Positions 28,633-38,990 of a stretch of 64,000 nt of DNA are shown here, piece after piece; positions within the stretch are counted from its first letter, which is position 1; each line of letters opens with the position of its first letter. The notes under the pieces are model-generated. The model saw only the letters and a program-made list of their open reading frames with translations. It made no database searches and was not told the origin of the DNA. Source of the stretch: an uncultured candidatus Porisulfidus sp. (lineage in GTDB: Bacteria > Pseudomonadota > Gammaproteobacteria > Poriferisulfidales > Oxydemutatoraceae); contig OZ244052.1 of the NCBI GenBank assembly GCA_965215125.1, positions 832,713-896,712 on the forward strand, given 5' to 3'. The translations under genes and the position numbers were made by a program.

Positions 28633-29667
28633 TCAAGGACAAGGGTTTGGAATTCGGTTATGAGTTTTCTCTATTTCTTCCAGCACATCTTTGGATAACT
28701 CAATGTTTACACTGCTGATATTAGCTTCAAGCTGCTCCATCGTGGTGGCACCGATAATATTGCTAGTCAAAAAAGAGCGTGTGTTGACATACGCAAGTGC
28801 CATTTGTGCCGGATTTAGTCCTGCCTGTTCGGCAATCTTGCAATAATGCTCGGTTGCAACTACACCCAAGTCATTGCTATAGCGGCTGAAGAAATCAAAC
28901 AAAGTTAAACGCGCCTTATCGGGTTTTTTGCCACCCAGATATTTGCCGCTCAACACACCAAAACCCAAAGGCGAATAAGCCAACAAGCCGACTTGTTCGC
29001 GATGTGCGATTTCTGCCAGTCCGACTTCAAAGGTACGATTCAATAGACTGTATGGATTCTGCACGCTGACTATTCTCGGCCGGTTATGTTCCGATGCAAG
29101 GTTCAAATAGCGCATCGTCCCCCACGGTGTCTCGTTGGAGATCCCCACATAGCGTACCTTGCCTGCTTTAACCAAATCATTTAATGCCTCTAAGGTCTCG
29201 GCGATAGGTGTGGAATCATCGTTTTCTTCGTGTGTATAACCCAAATCACCGAAAAAGTTAGTCTTGCGAGACGGCCAGTGCACTTGGTATAAATCAATAT
29301 AGTCGGTTCCGATACGCTGTAGGCTTTGTTCCAATGCCTGGGTGATATGATCCCGCGTCAATTCCGGTCCGCCGCGTATATAACTTTGCATACCCGGCCC
29401 CGAGACTTTGGTGGCAATAATCAGGTTCTCTCTATCGGAGTAATCGGCGAGCCAGCTACCGAAATAATGTTCGGTTAATCCTTGTGTTTCGGCCTTAGGC
29501 GGCACCGGATACATTTCGGCCAAGTCTATAAAGTTAACACCTTGTTCAATGGCAAAATCCAACTGTCGATGCGCTTCTTGTTCGGTGTTTTGTTCCCCCC
29601 ATGTCATCGTGCCTAGACAGATTACACTGACCTTAACGGAGGTGTTCGAGAGCTGGCGATATTCCAT
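28633..29667 (-). CDS. NADP(H)-dependent aldo/keto reductase (Tas/YajO-like)
   Basis: 344 aa; AKR signature (ICLGTMTWG, FIDLAEMYP, catalytic tetrad region). Confidence 0.85.
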   Translation of the reverse strand: MEYRQLSNTSVKVSVICLGTMTWGEQNTEQEAHRQLDFAIEQGVNFIDLAEMYPVPPKAETQGLTEHYFGSWLADYSDRENLIIATKVSGPGMQSYIRGGPELTRDHITQALEQSLQRIGTDYIDLYQVHWPSRKTNFFGDLGYTHEENDDSTPIAETLEALNDLVKAGKVRYVGISNETPWGTMRYLNLASEHNRPRIVSVQNPYSLLNRTFEVGLAEIAHREQVGLLAYSPLGFGVLSGKYLGGKKPDKARLTLFDFFSRYSNDLGVVATEHYCKIAEQAGLNPAQMALAYVNTRSFLTSNIIGATTMEQLEANISSVNIELSKDVLEEIEKTHNRIPNPCP

Positions 29668-29741
29668 TTTTTTAGCTTCAATAAGAAAGTTAGTATGTCT
29701 GCTATGCTAGTATAACCTTTTACGATGACAATATAAACCAT

Positions 29742-31613
29742 ATGCTTGATAATTTACCGATCCTAAAAAGAATAAATAAAGTACTACTCGAACTTTATAA
29801 AAACATAACGCCTTTCCTAGGCTGGGTCGGTGAATTAAAAAACACCGAAATAATCAAAGCCGATGTGCTTGCGGGCACAACGGTAGCACTCGTGTTAGTA
29901 CCCCAATCTATGGCGTATGCACAGCTCGCAGGATTACCACCGTATTACGGTTTGTATGCTTCTTGTCTTCCCGTTGCTATTGCCGCCTTGTTCGGTTCTT
30001 CGCGTCAGCTTGCAACCGGACCGGTTGCCGTAGTATCGTTATTAACCGCATCTGCAATAGAACCGCTCGCAGTAAGCGGTGGCGAAGGTTATTTTATGTA
30101 TGCGGTGATGTTGGCATTTATGGTTGGCATGGTACAACTCATATTAGGTGTAGTACGTCTGGGCATAATGATAGACTTTCTCTCCCATCCGGTGGTCACC
30201 GGATTCACCAACGCTGCGGCGATTATTATTGCAACTTCTCAACTCAACAATATTTTCGGTGTAGAAGTAGATAGAGCGGAATATCACTATCAAGTCGTCT
30301 GGAGTACGCTAAAAGCCGCATGGGATAACCCGCATCTGCCGACTTTATTAATCGCAGTAGGTTCTTTGTTATTGATGATAGCATTAAAGAGATACCTGCC
30401 TAAATTACCTTATGTTTTGATTGCGGTCATTATAGCGACCCTAGTTTCTTGGTTCTTTGATTTTGAGGCAAACGGCGGGCGTGTTGTAGGAAAAATTCCG
30501 CAAGGATTACCGTCTTTTGAATTGCCAATCGTCAGTTGGAAGATGATACAAGAAATGGTAGGGGTTGCGTTGGCGATTGCACTGATAGGTTTTATGGAAG
30601 CGATATCAATCGCCAAAGCAATGGCGGTTCAAACAAGACAACGGCTAAATGCAGATCAGGAACTTATCGGACAAGGTTTATCCAATATAACCTCCAGCAT
30701 GTTTCAAGGTTACGCGGTCTCGGGATCGTTTTCTCGGTCGGCGGTCAATATAAATACCGGTGCGGTTACCGGTTTCTCTTCTATCGTGACCGCAGTAATA
30801 ATCGGCTTTACACTGCTGTTTCTAACACCCTTGCTATACCACTTGCCGCAAGCAACCTTAGCATCGGTCATCATTCTAGCTGTCGCCTCGCTGGTGCGAA
30901 TCAAGGCGTTCAAAAATATATGGCGCATACAGTATCAGGATGGCTTTGTTGCCGTAGTAACTTTTGTGCTTACATTACTTTTTGCGCCTCATCTAGAGAA
31001 CGGTATTTTAATCGGTGTGGTGCTGTCTTTGGGGCTTTATGTATACCGCACGATGCGTCCCGATATTTCTTTACTCGGCAGACACACCGACGGCGGCTTA
31101 AGAGATGCCGCTAAATATATCCTTAAAGTATGTCCTCAAATCGCAATTGTGCGTTTCGGCGGACCTTTATTTTTTGCAAATACGGGTTATTTTCACGACA
31201 AAGTATTGGAGCGAGTTAGCAACCAACCGGAACTTAGATTCATTATTATAGATGCGGTTTCGATGAACGAAATAGATGCAACAGGACAAGAGATGTTGTA
31301 TGAACTGGCGCGCACCTTAGTGGAACAAGACATAGAATTTTTATTCGCCCGCCCACCTATAGAGGTGATGAATACTTTTGAACGCAGCGGTTTCGCTAGC
31401 GAAGAGTGGGCTGATCATTTCTTTAATTCTCGCGATCAAGCCCTGCAATACGCATGGGCAGAATTGGCTAAGCAGAGGCGTAACTGTTCGGTGGAAGGCT
31501 GTACGGCTAAAGATATGTCGGGTTGCATTTTGAGGAGAGAGCGTCGTATACCTAGTCAGCTACTAAGAATTATGGGTGGGGGCTTGCCCAAACCTAGCAC
31601 TTCGGATAATTAG
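29742..31613 (+). CDS. SulP-family anion (sulfate/bicarbonate) permease with C-terminal STAS domain
   Basis: 623 aa; SulP membrane core (VPQSMAYAQLAGLPPYYGLY) and STAS domain (IAIVRFGGPLFFANTGYF). Confidence 0.85.
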   Translation: MLDNLPILKRINKVLLELYKNITPFLGWVGELKNTEIIKADVLAGTTVALVLVPQSMAYAQLAGLPPYYGLYASCLPVAIAALFGSSRQLATGPVAVVSLLTASAIEPLAVSGGEGYFMYAVMLAFMVGMVQLILGVVRLGIMIDFLSHPVVTGFTNAAAIIIATSQLNNIFGVEVDRAEYHYQVVWSTLKAAWDNPHLPTLLIAVGSLLLMIALKRYLPKLPYVLIAVIIATLVSWFFDFEANGGRVVGKIPQGLPSFELPIVSWKMIQEMVGVALAIALIGFMEAISIAKAMAVQTRQRLNADQELIGQGLSNITSSMFQGYAVSGSFSRSAVNINTGAVTGFSSIVTAVIIGFTLLFLTPLLYHLPQATLASVIILAVASLVRIKAFKNIWRIQYQDGFVAVVTFVLTLLFAPHLENGILIGVVLSLGLYVYRTMRPDISLLGRHTDGGLRDAAKYILKVCPQIAIVRFGGPLFFANTGYFHDKVLERVSNQPELRFIIIDAVSMNEIDATGQEMLYELARTLVEQDIEFLFARPPIEVMNTFERSGFASEEWADHFFNSRDQALQYAWAELAKQRRNCSVEGCTAKDMSGCILRRERRIPSQLLRIMGGGLPKPSTSDN

Positions 31614-31846
31614 CGACAATCATTCCCCTCCTTCAAAGGGGTGTCAAGCTCTGCTTGACGGTGACGTTGCAGCGTGTCTGCACAACTATAGTGCCGGTAC
31701 ATTCCCCTCCTTCGGAGGGGTGGCAGGCGCAATAGAACCGCCGATTGAGCCAGTAGGTCAATCGGCGTAACATTGTGCAGAACCTCGATACATAGTACAA
31801 AATGTAAAGCCTTTCCTTGGGGTGGTCGCAGAAGTATCCGTACAAG
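31614..31846. repeat. composite repeat block filling the whole sulP-trmB intergenic region
   Basis: attcccctccttcaaaggggtg...attcccctccttcggaggggtggcaggcgcaatagaaccgccgattgagccagtaggtcaatcggcgtaacattgtgcagaacctcgatac...acaaaatgtaaagcctttccttggggtggtcgc...attcccttcctctggaggggaatg: modules c (twice, variant loops), a and b-inverted. Confidence 0.8.
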
Positions 31847-32542
31847 CTAATTCCCTTCCTCTGGAGGGGAATGTGCCGGTACTCTATATTGCAAATCATG
31901 AATGTGATGCTTCAATGCTTTTCCGCGTCGTTCAAATCCGGTAATCGGACGCAGCGGTGGTGTGTCTATTTTTTGATAGCGCTTACTTTCGGCAATCGCG
32001 GTGTGCATCTCTTCGGCGTAATCATCCCAATCGGTGGCTAGATGTAACACACCGTCCGGACAGAGTTTATCGGCTAACATATCGACAAAGCTCGTTTGTA
32101 TCAGTCTACGCTTATGGTGACGCTTTTTAGGCCACGGGTCCGGAAACAAAACTAAAATTTTGTTCAGGCTGCGGTTCGTAAAACATTGCGGCACCACCGC
32201 CGCCGCATCCGCGCGTATTATCTTTATATTGCTCAGTGCTTTGGTTTTAATTTTATTCAGCAATGCACCTATCCCGGGCGGATATACTTCTATCCCTATA
32301 AAATCGGTATCGGTATCGGTTTCCGCCATAGCCGCCAATACCTCGCCGTTCCCGAACCCGATCTCCAACACCGTCGGAGCTTTGCGCTTGAAAATAGTCT
32401 CTAGATCCAGCAAGCGGTCGCCGACATCTATGCCGTAATCCTTCCAATATGTCTGCAACGCATATCGCTGTGCTTTTGTGGTACGTCCGCTGCGTAGCAC
32501 ATAGCTGCGTATCGGATAGTGCAGCGGTGCAGATTTCAACAT
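31847..32542 (-). CDS. trmB: tRNA (guanine46-N7)-methyltransferase
   Basis: The track ORF 31847..32893 overlaps thiG; the TrmB-like part starts at the internal Met (MLKSAPLHYPIRS...) giving about 232 aa with the SAM-binding LEIGFGNGE and FPDPWPKKRHHKRR motifs. Confidence 0.8.
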   Translation of the reverse strand: MLKSAPLHYPIRSYVLRSGRTTKAQRYALQTYWKDYGIDVGDRLLDLETIFKRKAPTVLEIGFGNGEVLAAMAETDTDTDFIGIEVYPPGIGALLNKIKTKALSNIKIIRADAAAVVPQCFTNRSLNKILVLFPDPWPKKRHHKRRLIQTSFVDMLADKLCPDGVLHLATDWDDYAEEMHTAIAESKRYQKIDTPPLRPITGFERRGKALKHHIHDLQYRVPAHSPPEEGN

Positions 32543-32562
32543 TCGGAGTATCGTCTTAGGGC

Positions 32563-33354
32563 TTAGAAGAATAATTGTTCGGAAGGCGACGATGCCGATG
32601 CAAAACGGCGCTTGGGCATACGCCCGGCGAGCCATGCCATACGCCCAGATTCTACGGCTTTTTTCATCGCCGCCGCCATCAATACGGGGTCTTCGGCTTC
32701 GGCTATCGCAGTATTCATCAATACACCGTCGCAACCTAGTTCCATAGCAATTGCGGCATCGGAGGCGGTGCCTACACCTGCATCTACGATAATCGGTACT
32801 TGCGCATTTTCCACGATACTTAAGATATTGTACGGGTTGCGTATACCCAGACCCGAACCTATGGGTGCCGCCAAAGGCATAACGGCAACACAACCGGCTT
32901 GCTCAAACTGCTTCGCCGCAATCGGGTCGTCGTTGGTATACACCATTACATCAAAGCCTTCTTTGACTAAAACTTCGGTTGCGCGTAAGGTTTGAACGAT
33001 ATGCGGGAACAAGGTCTCGGAGTCACCCAAAACTTCCAACTTCACTAACTGATTACCGTCCAACAACTCGCGTGCAAGTCGGCAAGTACGTATTGCATCC
33101 TCGGCGGTGTAACAGCCTGCGGTGTTCGGCAATATCGTATAGCGATCGGGTGGCACGATATCCAGTAGATTGGGTTGAGCCTTCTCTTGACCGACATTCG
33201 TGCGCCTGATAGCCACCGTCACAATCTCGGTACCCGAGGCTTCTATTGCATCTCGGGTCTCGGAGAAATCTCGATATTTACCGGTGCCGAGTAACAGACG
33301 AGAGTCATAGTCTTTGCCGGCAATATTCAGGGTCTTGTCCGCTCTTTTAGCCAT
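32563..33354 (-). CDS. thiG: thiazole synthase
   Basis: 263 aa; LLLGTGKY start and a conserved TIM-barrel ThiG sequence (VMPY..DP). Confidence 0.9.
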   Translation of the reverse strand: MAKRADKTLNIAGKDYDSRLLLGTGKYRDFSETRDAIEASGTEIVTVAIRRTNVGQEKAQPNLLDIVPPDRYTILPNTAGCYTAEDAIRTCRLARELLDGNQLVKLEVLGDSETLFPHIVQTLRATEVLVKEGFDVMVYTNDDPIAAKQFEQAGCVAVMPLAAPIGSGLGIRNPYNILSIVENAQVPIIVDAGVGTASDAAIAMELGCDGVLMNTAIAEAEDPVLMAAAMKKAVESGRMAWLAGRMPKRRFASASSPSEQLFF

Positions 33355-33368
33355 CGGCTATCGGTGTA

Positions 33369-33581
33369 TCAGCCGCCGCCGATTGCTTCTATGATCTCAA
33401 CCCGATCCCCGTCGCATAATTCGGTTTGTTCGTGCCGAGATTGCGGCACAATTTGCCGGTTAATTTCAATCGCGATTTTACGCTCGGTTAATGCAAGCAT
33501 TTGTATTAGCGCGGATACGGTCGTGCCTTTTTCTAAGCTACGATCGGTACCGTTGACCTGAATCCGAACTTGTGTGTGCAT
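33369..33581 (-). CDS. thiS: sulfur carrier protein ThiS
   Basis: 70 aa ending in the GG C-terminus (EAIGGG); immediately upstream of thiG. Confidence 0.75.
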   Translation of the reverse strand: MHTQVRIQVNGTDRSLEKGTTVSALIQMLALTERKIAIEINRQIVPQSRHEQTELCDGDRVEIIEAIGGG

Positions 33582-33594
33582 GACGGCACCGCAA

Positions 33595-34062
33595 TTAGAT
33601 ATTTAGGGCGGCTTCCAACACCTCGTTTACGTGATTAATCACTTTAACTTTGCGCCACTCTTGTCTTAAGACACCTTTCTCGTCTATCAGGAAAGTACTA
33701 CGCTCGATGCCGCGCACTTTTTTGCCGAACATACTCTTCTGCTTGATGACATCGAATAGCGTACAGAGTTTTTCGTCGTTGTCGGATAGAAGGTCAAAAG
33801 GAAATTGATACTTGTCCTTGAACTTCTCGTGGGAACTGATGCTGTCGCGCGACACGCCGATGATTTTGATATTATGTTTCGCAAAACTATCCGCCTTGCT
33901 TTTGAAATCTTTGCTTTCCATAGTGCAACCCGGCGTATTATCTCTAGGGTAGAAATAAATCACAAGTTTAGAACCCTTAAAATCCGATAAACCAACTTCA
34001 TTGCCGCCGGTGGCGGACAGCTTGAAATTAGGCACCTTTTTGCCAACTATTACTTTATCCAT
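33595..34062 (-). CDS. bcp: thiol peroxidase, peroxiredoxin Bcp
   Basis: 155 aa; FYPRDNTPGCT peroxidatic Cys motif. Confidence 0.85.
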   Translation of the reverse strand: MDKVIVGKKVPNFKLSATGGNEVGLSDFKGSKLVIYFYPRDNTPGCTMESKDFKSKADSFAKHNIKIIGVSRDSISSHEKFKDKYQFPFDLLSDNDEKLCTLFDVIKQKSMFGKKVRGIERSTFLIDEKGVLRQEWRKVKVINHVNEVLEAALNI

Positions 34063-34106
34063 ATCTCCGTGGAATGTTTATTTAATATCAAAAGGGGTAT
34101 TCTACA

Positions 34107-35228
34107 CTACTCCATAGAAATATCCGGCAAACGATAACTGGTGCTACGTCCGCCGCCCGGATTTTGTATGAAGATGCCACGCCCTTTTAGCCCTTGAATA
34201 TCTCGTAAAGCCGTGTCCGTTGAACATTTTGCCAACTTCGCATACTTGGATGTATTGATATAACCTTGAAAATCATACTCGAGCATACGATTTATAACCA
34301 AACGTTGACGCATATTGACCGGCTGCTGATTGATTTTTTCCCAAAGGCGCGCTTTGAATAACACGACATTCAGTTCATTTTCGGCGTTTGTAATTGCACG
34401 TTTTAGGCAATCCAAAAACCATCGCATCCAGCCGGTAATATCCAGCGAACCGCGCTGTTGATTTTCGAGTTGCTTGTAATATTCTCTGCGCTCCGACTCT
34501 ATTTGAGTAGAAAGACTGTAGAAACGGTCGGGGTTTTTGTCTGCACGAGCCAAAACCATATCGGCGATGGCTCTGGCAATACGACCGTTACCATCTTCGA
34601 AAGGGTGAATGGTCACAAACCAAAAATGAGCTAAGCCTGCTTTGAAAACTGCATCGGTGGTGTCGTCGTGCTTCAGCCATTTCATAAAATCTTGCATGTC
34701 TTGATCGATTCTGTTCGCCGGCGGTGCTTGAAAATGTATTTTTTCATGTCCTATGGCACCGGAGACAACTTGCATCGGCTCCGATTTCTCCGTACGCCAA
34801 GCACCCACTGTGATTTTGTGCATCCCGCTTCGCCCAGTCGGAAACAAAGCAGCGTGCCAGTCAAACAAACGACTTTTGGTTAAAGGTTTAGCGAATTGTC
34901 GGGTAGCATCGAGCATTATTTCTACGATACCCTCAACATCGCGACCGGTAGGAACGAGCCCGGCAATATCGATTCCTAAGCGACGAGCAATAGAGGAACG
35001 TACCTCTTCGGGATTTAAATTTTCTCCTTCAATAGCCGAAGACTTCACAACATCCTTGGTGAGTGTATTAAGATTTGCCTCCAGTCTTAAATCAAAGCCT
35101 AGATTTTTCATTCTACCGAGCAACATCCCCTGACTATGACGTACATCCGCAAGTTTATAAGTCAAAGTGTCGTTATCCCAAGTGAAATTCGGCCAGTTGT
35201 CGTGTTCGTATATCCACATAATAATCAC
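34107..35228 (-). CDS. Fic-family protein (adenylyltransferase/AMPylase fold)
   Basis: 373 aa; Fic core motif HPFEDGNGRIARA; N-terminal inhibitory-helix-like motif SSAIEGE ([ST]xxxE[GN]); C-terminal winged-helix-like region; the start is GTG at 35228, or ATG at 35219. Confidence 0.85.
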   Translation of the reverse strand: MIIMWIYEHDNWPNFTWDNDTLTYKLADVRHSQGMLLGRMKNLGFDLRLEANLNTLTKDVVKSSAIEGENLNPEEVRSSIARRLGIDIAGLVPTGRDVEGIVEIMLDATRQFAKPLTKSRLFDWHAALFPTGRSGMHKITVGAWRTEKSEPMQVVSGAIGHEKIHFQAPPANRIDQDMQDFMKWLKHDDTTDAVFKAGLAHFWFVTIHPFEDGNGRIARAIADMVLARADKNPDRFYSLSTQIESERREYYKQLENQQRGSLDITGWMRWFLDCLKRAITNAENELNVVLFKARLWEKINQQPVNMRQRLVINRMLEYDFQGYINTSKYAKLAKCSTDTALRDIQGLKGRGIFIQNPGGGRSTSYRLPDISME

Positions 35229-35262
35229 CGCAGAATATGCGGTGATTATAGGGTGTAATCAC
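35221..35262. promoter_or_regulatory. palindromic operator-like site overlapping the Fic start
   Basis: ataatcaccgcagaatatgcggtgattata (near-perfect 12-bp arms, aatcaccgc / gcggtgatt) followed 10 bp later by a third half-site taatcaccgc. Confidence 0.35.
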
Positions 35263-35276
35263 CGCAAAAGCAAGGA

Positions 35277-35400
35277 GAATCGCTGATTGAGCCATAGAAT
35301 CGCCACTTGCTCCAGTTGGGCAAGTGGCGTGACTTCGTGCAAAACTAAATACTGCGTCCGTTAGAAACATTACATATATCCAAAGTCAATCGGCGGTTCT
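35277..35400. repeat. repeat-family copy (module a variants split by a hairpin)
   Basis: gaatcgctgattgagccatagaatcgccacttgctccagttgggcaagtggcgtgacttcgtgcaaaac ... caaagtcaatcggcggttctac. Confidence 0.6.
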
Positions 35401-36100
35401 ACTTATCCGGCATCCAGCTTTTTAATGTCAGTGTGGTTTTGATTTTATCGCCGTCCAACTTTACGATCTTTATCGGCAGATAATCATGCTTCGGACTGAG
35501 CCAGTATATTTGATCCGGTTTTTCATTTTTGTATCGCTCTATGCGAATCGTATCAAACTTTTCTGCTGCAACTTCAATTATCTCCTCGCCTCGTTTTACG
35601 AAACGTCTCTCTTTCAATCGTCCATCGGAGATTAGAATATAATTTCGGTCAAAATCGGAGTCCAGCGTGTTGACAACATCGTCTCTTAGTTTGAGCTGAA
35701 AGGTGTTTTCATCTACCGTGCCTTTTTTAATGTCCAGAGTAGATTGTTCGCCTTTATACAGCACTTGGGCTTTATAGTTTTTCCAATCAAAACGGTACAC
35801 TTGTTTTTTGTTTTTGTTCGGAACCTCTTTTTCATAGACCAACGGTAGCCAGTGTTCGCTCTTTTTAATAATTTTGCTGTAGCTATGCGCCCGAATGTTG
35901 AAAATGTGTCCTAATCCCCTAGGCTCTACCGCGCTTTTATACAAGAACTTATGGTCTTCGCGTTTGAGGGCAACAGCCATCTCGGCAACGGTGATGTTAG
36001 GTCTGCCGATTTCGTAGATCGCTTTGAACGATGATAATTCCTGCCCTATACTTTGAACGGCAAGTGCGCCGCACAGAATTAATGCAAAAACATATCTCAT
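35399..36100 (-). CDS. DUF3108-family periplasmic protein
   Basis: Start at the internal Met (MRYVFALILCGALAVQS signal peptide); DUF3108-like beta-rich sequence; 2-bp gap from the upstream nuclease gene. Confidence 0.5.
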   Translation of the reverse strand: MRYVFALILCGALAVQSIGQELSSFKAIYEIGRPNITVAEMAVALKREDHKFLYKSAVEPRGLGHIFNIRAHSYSKIIKKSEHWLPLVYEKEVPNKNKKQVYRFDWKNYKAQVLYKGEQSTLDIKKGTVDENTFQLKLRDDVVNTLDSDFDRNYILISDGRLKERRFVKRGEEIIEVAAEKFDTIRIERYKNEKPDQIYWLSPKHDYLPIKIVKLDGDKIKTTLTLKSWMPDK

Positions 36101-38988
36101 GTCGTCGCCCAATCGTGGTATTCGTCCCATGCGGGACGTCTGCAAAGACCGGCATAATCGCAATATTTGCATACATTCTGCTTATTGCCCCACGCATTCA
36201 GGGGGTGTTCGGAATCGTAGTCGGTTTTAATGCTTAACAGCCTGCCTAGATTTTTATTGCGGTATTCGGCAAGTTCTTCGCCTTGCAGAGTACGTTGCTC
36301 GCCCCTATTTTTAGCACCCAATGCCAAGTAGATTGCGGTGTTGATGTTTTTATCGAGCAATGCATAGCTGGTTAGCTGTATGTGTTCGCCGCTTTTTATG
36401 TCTTTGTTGCTCGCTAAGCCACCGGTTTTATAGTCTACCAACATAGAACCTTTTTCGGTTTGTAAAATCAAGTCTGCGATACCCCGCATAGATAGATTTT
36501 CCGATAGTTCCTCTTCCAGTTTCTGCTCGGTGCTCGTTGACGATACAGCTTGTTCTCGTTGCCGTTCTATCATCCAATCTATGTAGTAGGTCATCGCTTC
36601 GTTCGCATCGGTGAACCAGAAATAATTTACATAATTACTGAATTTCGACTCCTTAAATTTCTCCCGCAGTATCTCGAGCGCAAAGGAGCTTATCTCGAAG
36701 CGTTTTTCGGCAACCCAAATCGGCGGGTCGTAACGCGCGTTGAGTCCGGCATGTAATTCTTGCAAACATCGGTGCAGATAATTGCCATAGTCCATTGCAT
36801 CCCAATAGTCGGATACTTCGCGGCGACTATAGATTTTCAAAATATCGCGAGCGTAGAATCGGTATGGGCAATCTATTATTCGTTGATACCCGCCCACACT
36901 GAGCCGTTGCGGCCATAACCGCTTGGGTGCAGTCGGTGTTGCAATACTTTGCATCTGCGCTTCAAACCCCTGCTCGGTTGCCAAATTGAGCGATGAACAA
37001 CGCTGCGCCATACTTTGCAACTCATAATCGCTCAAATCGTCGTACGCGATTTTATGAAAATCACGAATTGCGGTGAGCCAAGCCGACGGCATCATCTGCC
37101 TGTCTTGGTTGTATTGCTGGCAACTCAGCAATAGATGTCCGGCACTCTCCAGTAAGGTTCTAAATAGCATGAATTGGGTTCCCACGGATTGCTCGTAAGT
37201 CTCAAGCCCTAATTCACGGCGAATGTTCTCGTTGATTAAGCCGCCGGTTTGCGGTGGGTGGGGAAAGTGACTATGATCCAGTGCGACGATAGCCAATGCA
37301 TCAAATTGCATAAGTTCGGCTTGTCCGGGGTTCATTAAAAAGACACCGTGTTCTGGACAATCGGGCATAAAGTTGCTCTGCTCCAAATGATACAAAATCA
37401 AACTCTGCCATACACCGAAGCTCGCTCGCTCGCCCTCTATTTTGACTGCCCTATAGAGCTGTTGTAATTCGGAGATTATCCGCTCCCCGGCGTGGTCTGC
37501 GGATAACTTTTTATACATGCCCAGTTTGTTCATCGCATCAAACAAACATCCAAAATAATCCGTATATGGATGTTCTGCCCCATCTCTTAACCGTGCTATA
37601 GGGATTAACGCTGCGACAATTTTTTCGGCAAGTATGATTGATAGCGGGTTGCCGACAGCGACAGTCTTGATCTGCTCTAAGGCTTTGTCAATAGGACTAT
37701 GCCGTATCCGACGACTGCCAAGCAGGTGTTCTATATAATCTGCCGATGCAATCGCATCGCTATGCTCTACCTCTAAATCACAATACGGAGATCTCATCAG
37801 TTCCAACACCGTTTTGATGTCCGCTACACCCTCCGTATTGCCCAAAACATGCTTCAAAGCCGACGCACTGCTGGTGGTGGAAAGCTCCCAACCGGAATAA
37901 TCTATCAACGGGATATTGTATCTTTCAAAAATCGCTCCGATGCGCCGGCTCAATTTACGGTCCAAACTTATCAGCCCTATTTTTTGATGCTTCAGCTCCA
38001 ACCAACGACGCACCGCAATATAAATACCCCATGCGTGTTCTTCGGTGGTCATCGGAAAAAATAAGCGCACCCTCTCGCTGAAAGGACTTGTGGCAGATGT
38101 TTCGGCAAACCGTTGCGCACGCTCCGCAAAAGGTATGCTTTTCGGGTCGGACGAAACTCGGGCAGAGAATATGCTGTCCAGCAAACGGCTGTAGTCGGTA
38201 TCGCTGGCGGTGAAAGCAGGCGATTCCCCGACTTCCGCAGTGAGTTGCTCGGCGGTGTGTAGTACGGGATTATAAGCAACCGGAATAGCGGCGGTGTTCG
38301 CTTTGCTAATCCATGTTAGACGATTCTGCTTATATAAATTGCATGCCCATTTCTCAAAGCACGGCGATAGGTGATTCATACCGCATAGATAGACATGCTC
38401 GTCGGGTTCGGTGTAGGTGTCCGTATTGAGCATCTTATACCAAGCAAAGGTCGGATAGTTCTTTTCATCGTATAAACTTTTCCATGTCTGCCATAAGGTT
38501 AAAAGTATGCGCGTATCGTCCTGCCATGTTGCAGCGAGCGTCTCGGTATTTTTTTCCAAGCTGTCATCGGCTTGCTCGGTAGCGTAATCGTATTCGCTGA
38601 TTTTGTCGAAGACCGAAATTATCTCGTCGGCTAATTGCCATCTACTTGCATTGGGGAATAGGTTTTTATATCGATGTAGCGCAGTTGCTAAACTTAATCC
38701 GGCACATAAACCCTTCGTTGTTTTAGCGGTCGTTATATAACGTTCCGAGAACAACCGCTTCGGTGTTGCAATCGTCGGCGGGATGAGTGCCTCGTATCCT
38801 CGCCGCCGCGCTTCATCCGATAAGTGTTTGCGCAGTGTTAGGAACTGTATTCTGATACGCGCAGTCGCTTCGGGGACGAGTATAACCGCGTTTGATAAAT
38901 CGGGTAGCTGTTCCGAAAAATCCGCGACTACGGTCTCGGCACAAAATGCCGAGAGGTCGCTACGAAAAGGCAAAATATACGAAGGCAC
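36097..38988 (-). CDS. AddB-like PD-(D/E)XK nuclease-family protein with C-terminal Fe-S cysteine cluster
   Basis: 963 aa; degenerate N-terminal ATPase-like region; C-terminal nuclease region with CPYRF...YGNYLH... and terminal CKYCDYAGLC (C-x2-C-x5-C) typical of AddB/inactivated-helicase nucleases; no AddA/UvrD-type partner in the window. Confidence 0.6.
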   Translation of the reverse strand: MPSYILPFRSDLSAFCAETVVADFSEQLPDLSNAVILVPEATARIRIQFLTLRKHLSDEARRRGYEALIPPTIATPKRLFSERYITTAKTTKGLCAGLSLATALHRYKNLFPNASRWQLADEIISVFDKISEYDYATEQADDSLEKNTETLAATWQDDTRILLTLWQTWKSLYDEKNYPTFAWYKMLNTDTYTEPDEHVYLCGMNHLSPCFEKWACNLYKQNRLTWISKANTAAIPVAYNPVLHTAEQLTAEVGESPAFTASDTDYSRLLDSIFSARVSSDPKSIPFAERAQRFAETSATSPFSERVRLFFPMTTEEHAWGIYIAVRRWLELKHQKIGLISLDRKLSRRIGAIFERYNIPLIDYSGWELSTTSSASALKHVLGNTEGVADIKTVLELMRSPYCDLEVEHSDAIASADYIEHLLGSRRIRHSPIDKALEQIKTVAVGNPLSIILAEKIVAALIPIARLRDGAEHPYTDYFGCLFDAMNKLGMYKKLSADHAGERIISELQQLYRAVKIEGERASFGVWQSLILYHLEQSNFMPDCPEHGVFLMNPGQAELMQFDALAIVALDHSHFPHPPQTGGLINENIRRELGLETYEQSVGTQFMLFRTLLESAGHLLLSCQQYNQDRQMMPSAWLTAIRDFHKIAYDDLSDYELQSMAQRCSSLNLATEQGFEAQMQSIATPTAPKRLWPQRLSVGGYQRIIDCPYRFYARDILKIYSRREVSDYWDAMDYGNYLHRCLQELHAGLNARYDPPIWVAEKRFEISSFALEILREKFKESKFSNYVNYFWFTDANEAMTYYIDWMIERQREQAVSSTSTEQKLEEELSENLSMRGIADLILQTEKGSMLVDYKTGGLASNKDIKSGEHIQLTSYALLDKNINTAIYLALGAKNRGEQRTLQGEELAEYRNKNLGRLLSIKTDYDSEHPLNAWGNKQNVCKYCDYAGLCRRPAWDEYHDWATT

Positions 38989-38990
38989 AT

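Noticed and set aside
28319-28698. Track ORFs 28319..28642, 28371..28631, 28375..28698, and also 21364..21588, 21497..21709, 31576..31770, 31633..31899, 39389..39673, 49421..49726, 49548..49796, 63435..63662, 63607..63876 and 63670..63903, which encode recurring peptides (GGVAGAIEPP, IPLLWRGGRRSLTGWL, VLHNVTP)
   Set aside because: They lie entirely inside copies of the repeat family on both strands; the recurring peptides are just translations of the repeat modules, not conserved proteins.
31847-32893. 348-aa minus-strand ORF with an Arg/Cys-rich N-terminus
   Set aside because: The first 117 codons overlap thiG on the same strand in another frame and have aberrant composition; only the part from Met118 (trmB, 31847..32542) is genuine.
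36097-38988. Complete AddAB/RecBCD-type helicase-nuclease system
   Set aside because: Only the AddB-like subunit is present; no UvrD/AddA helicase gene flanks it, so calling a full system is unsupported.
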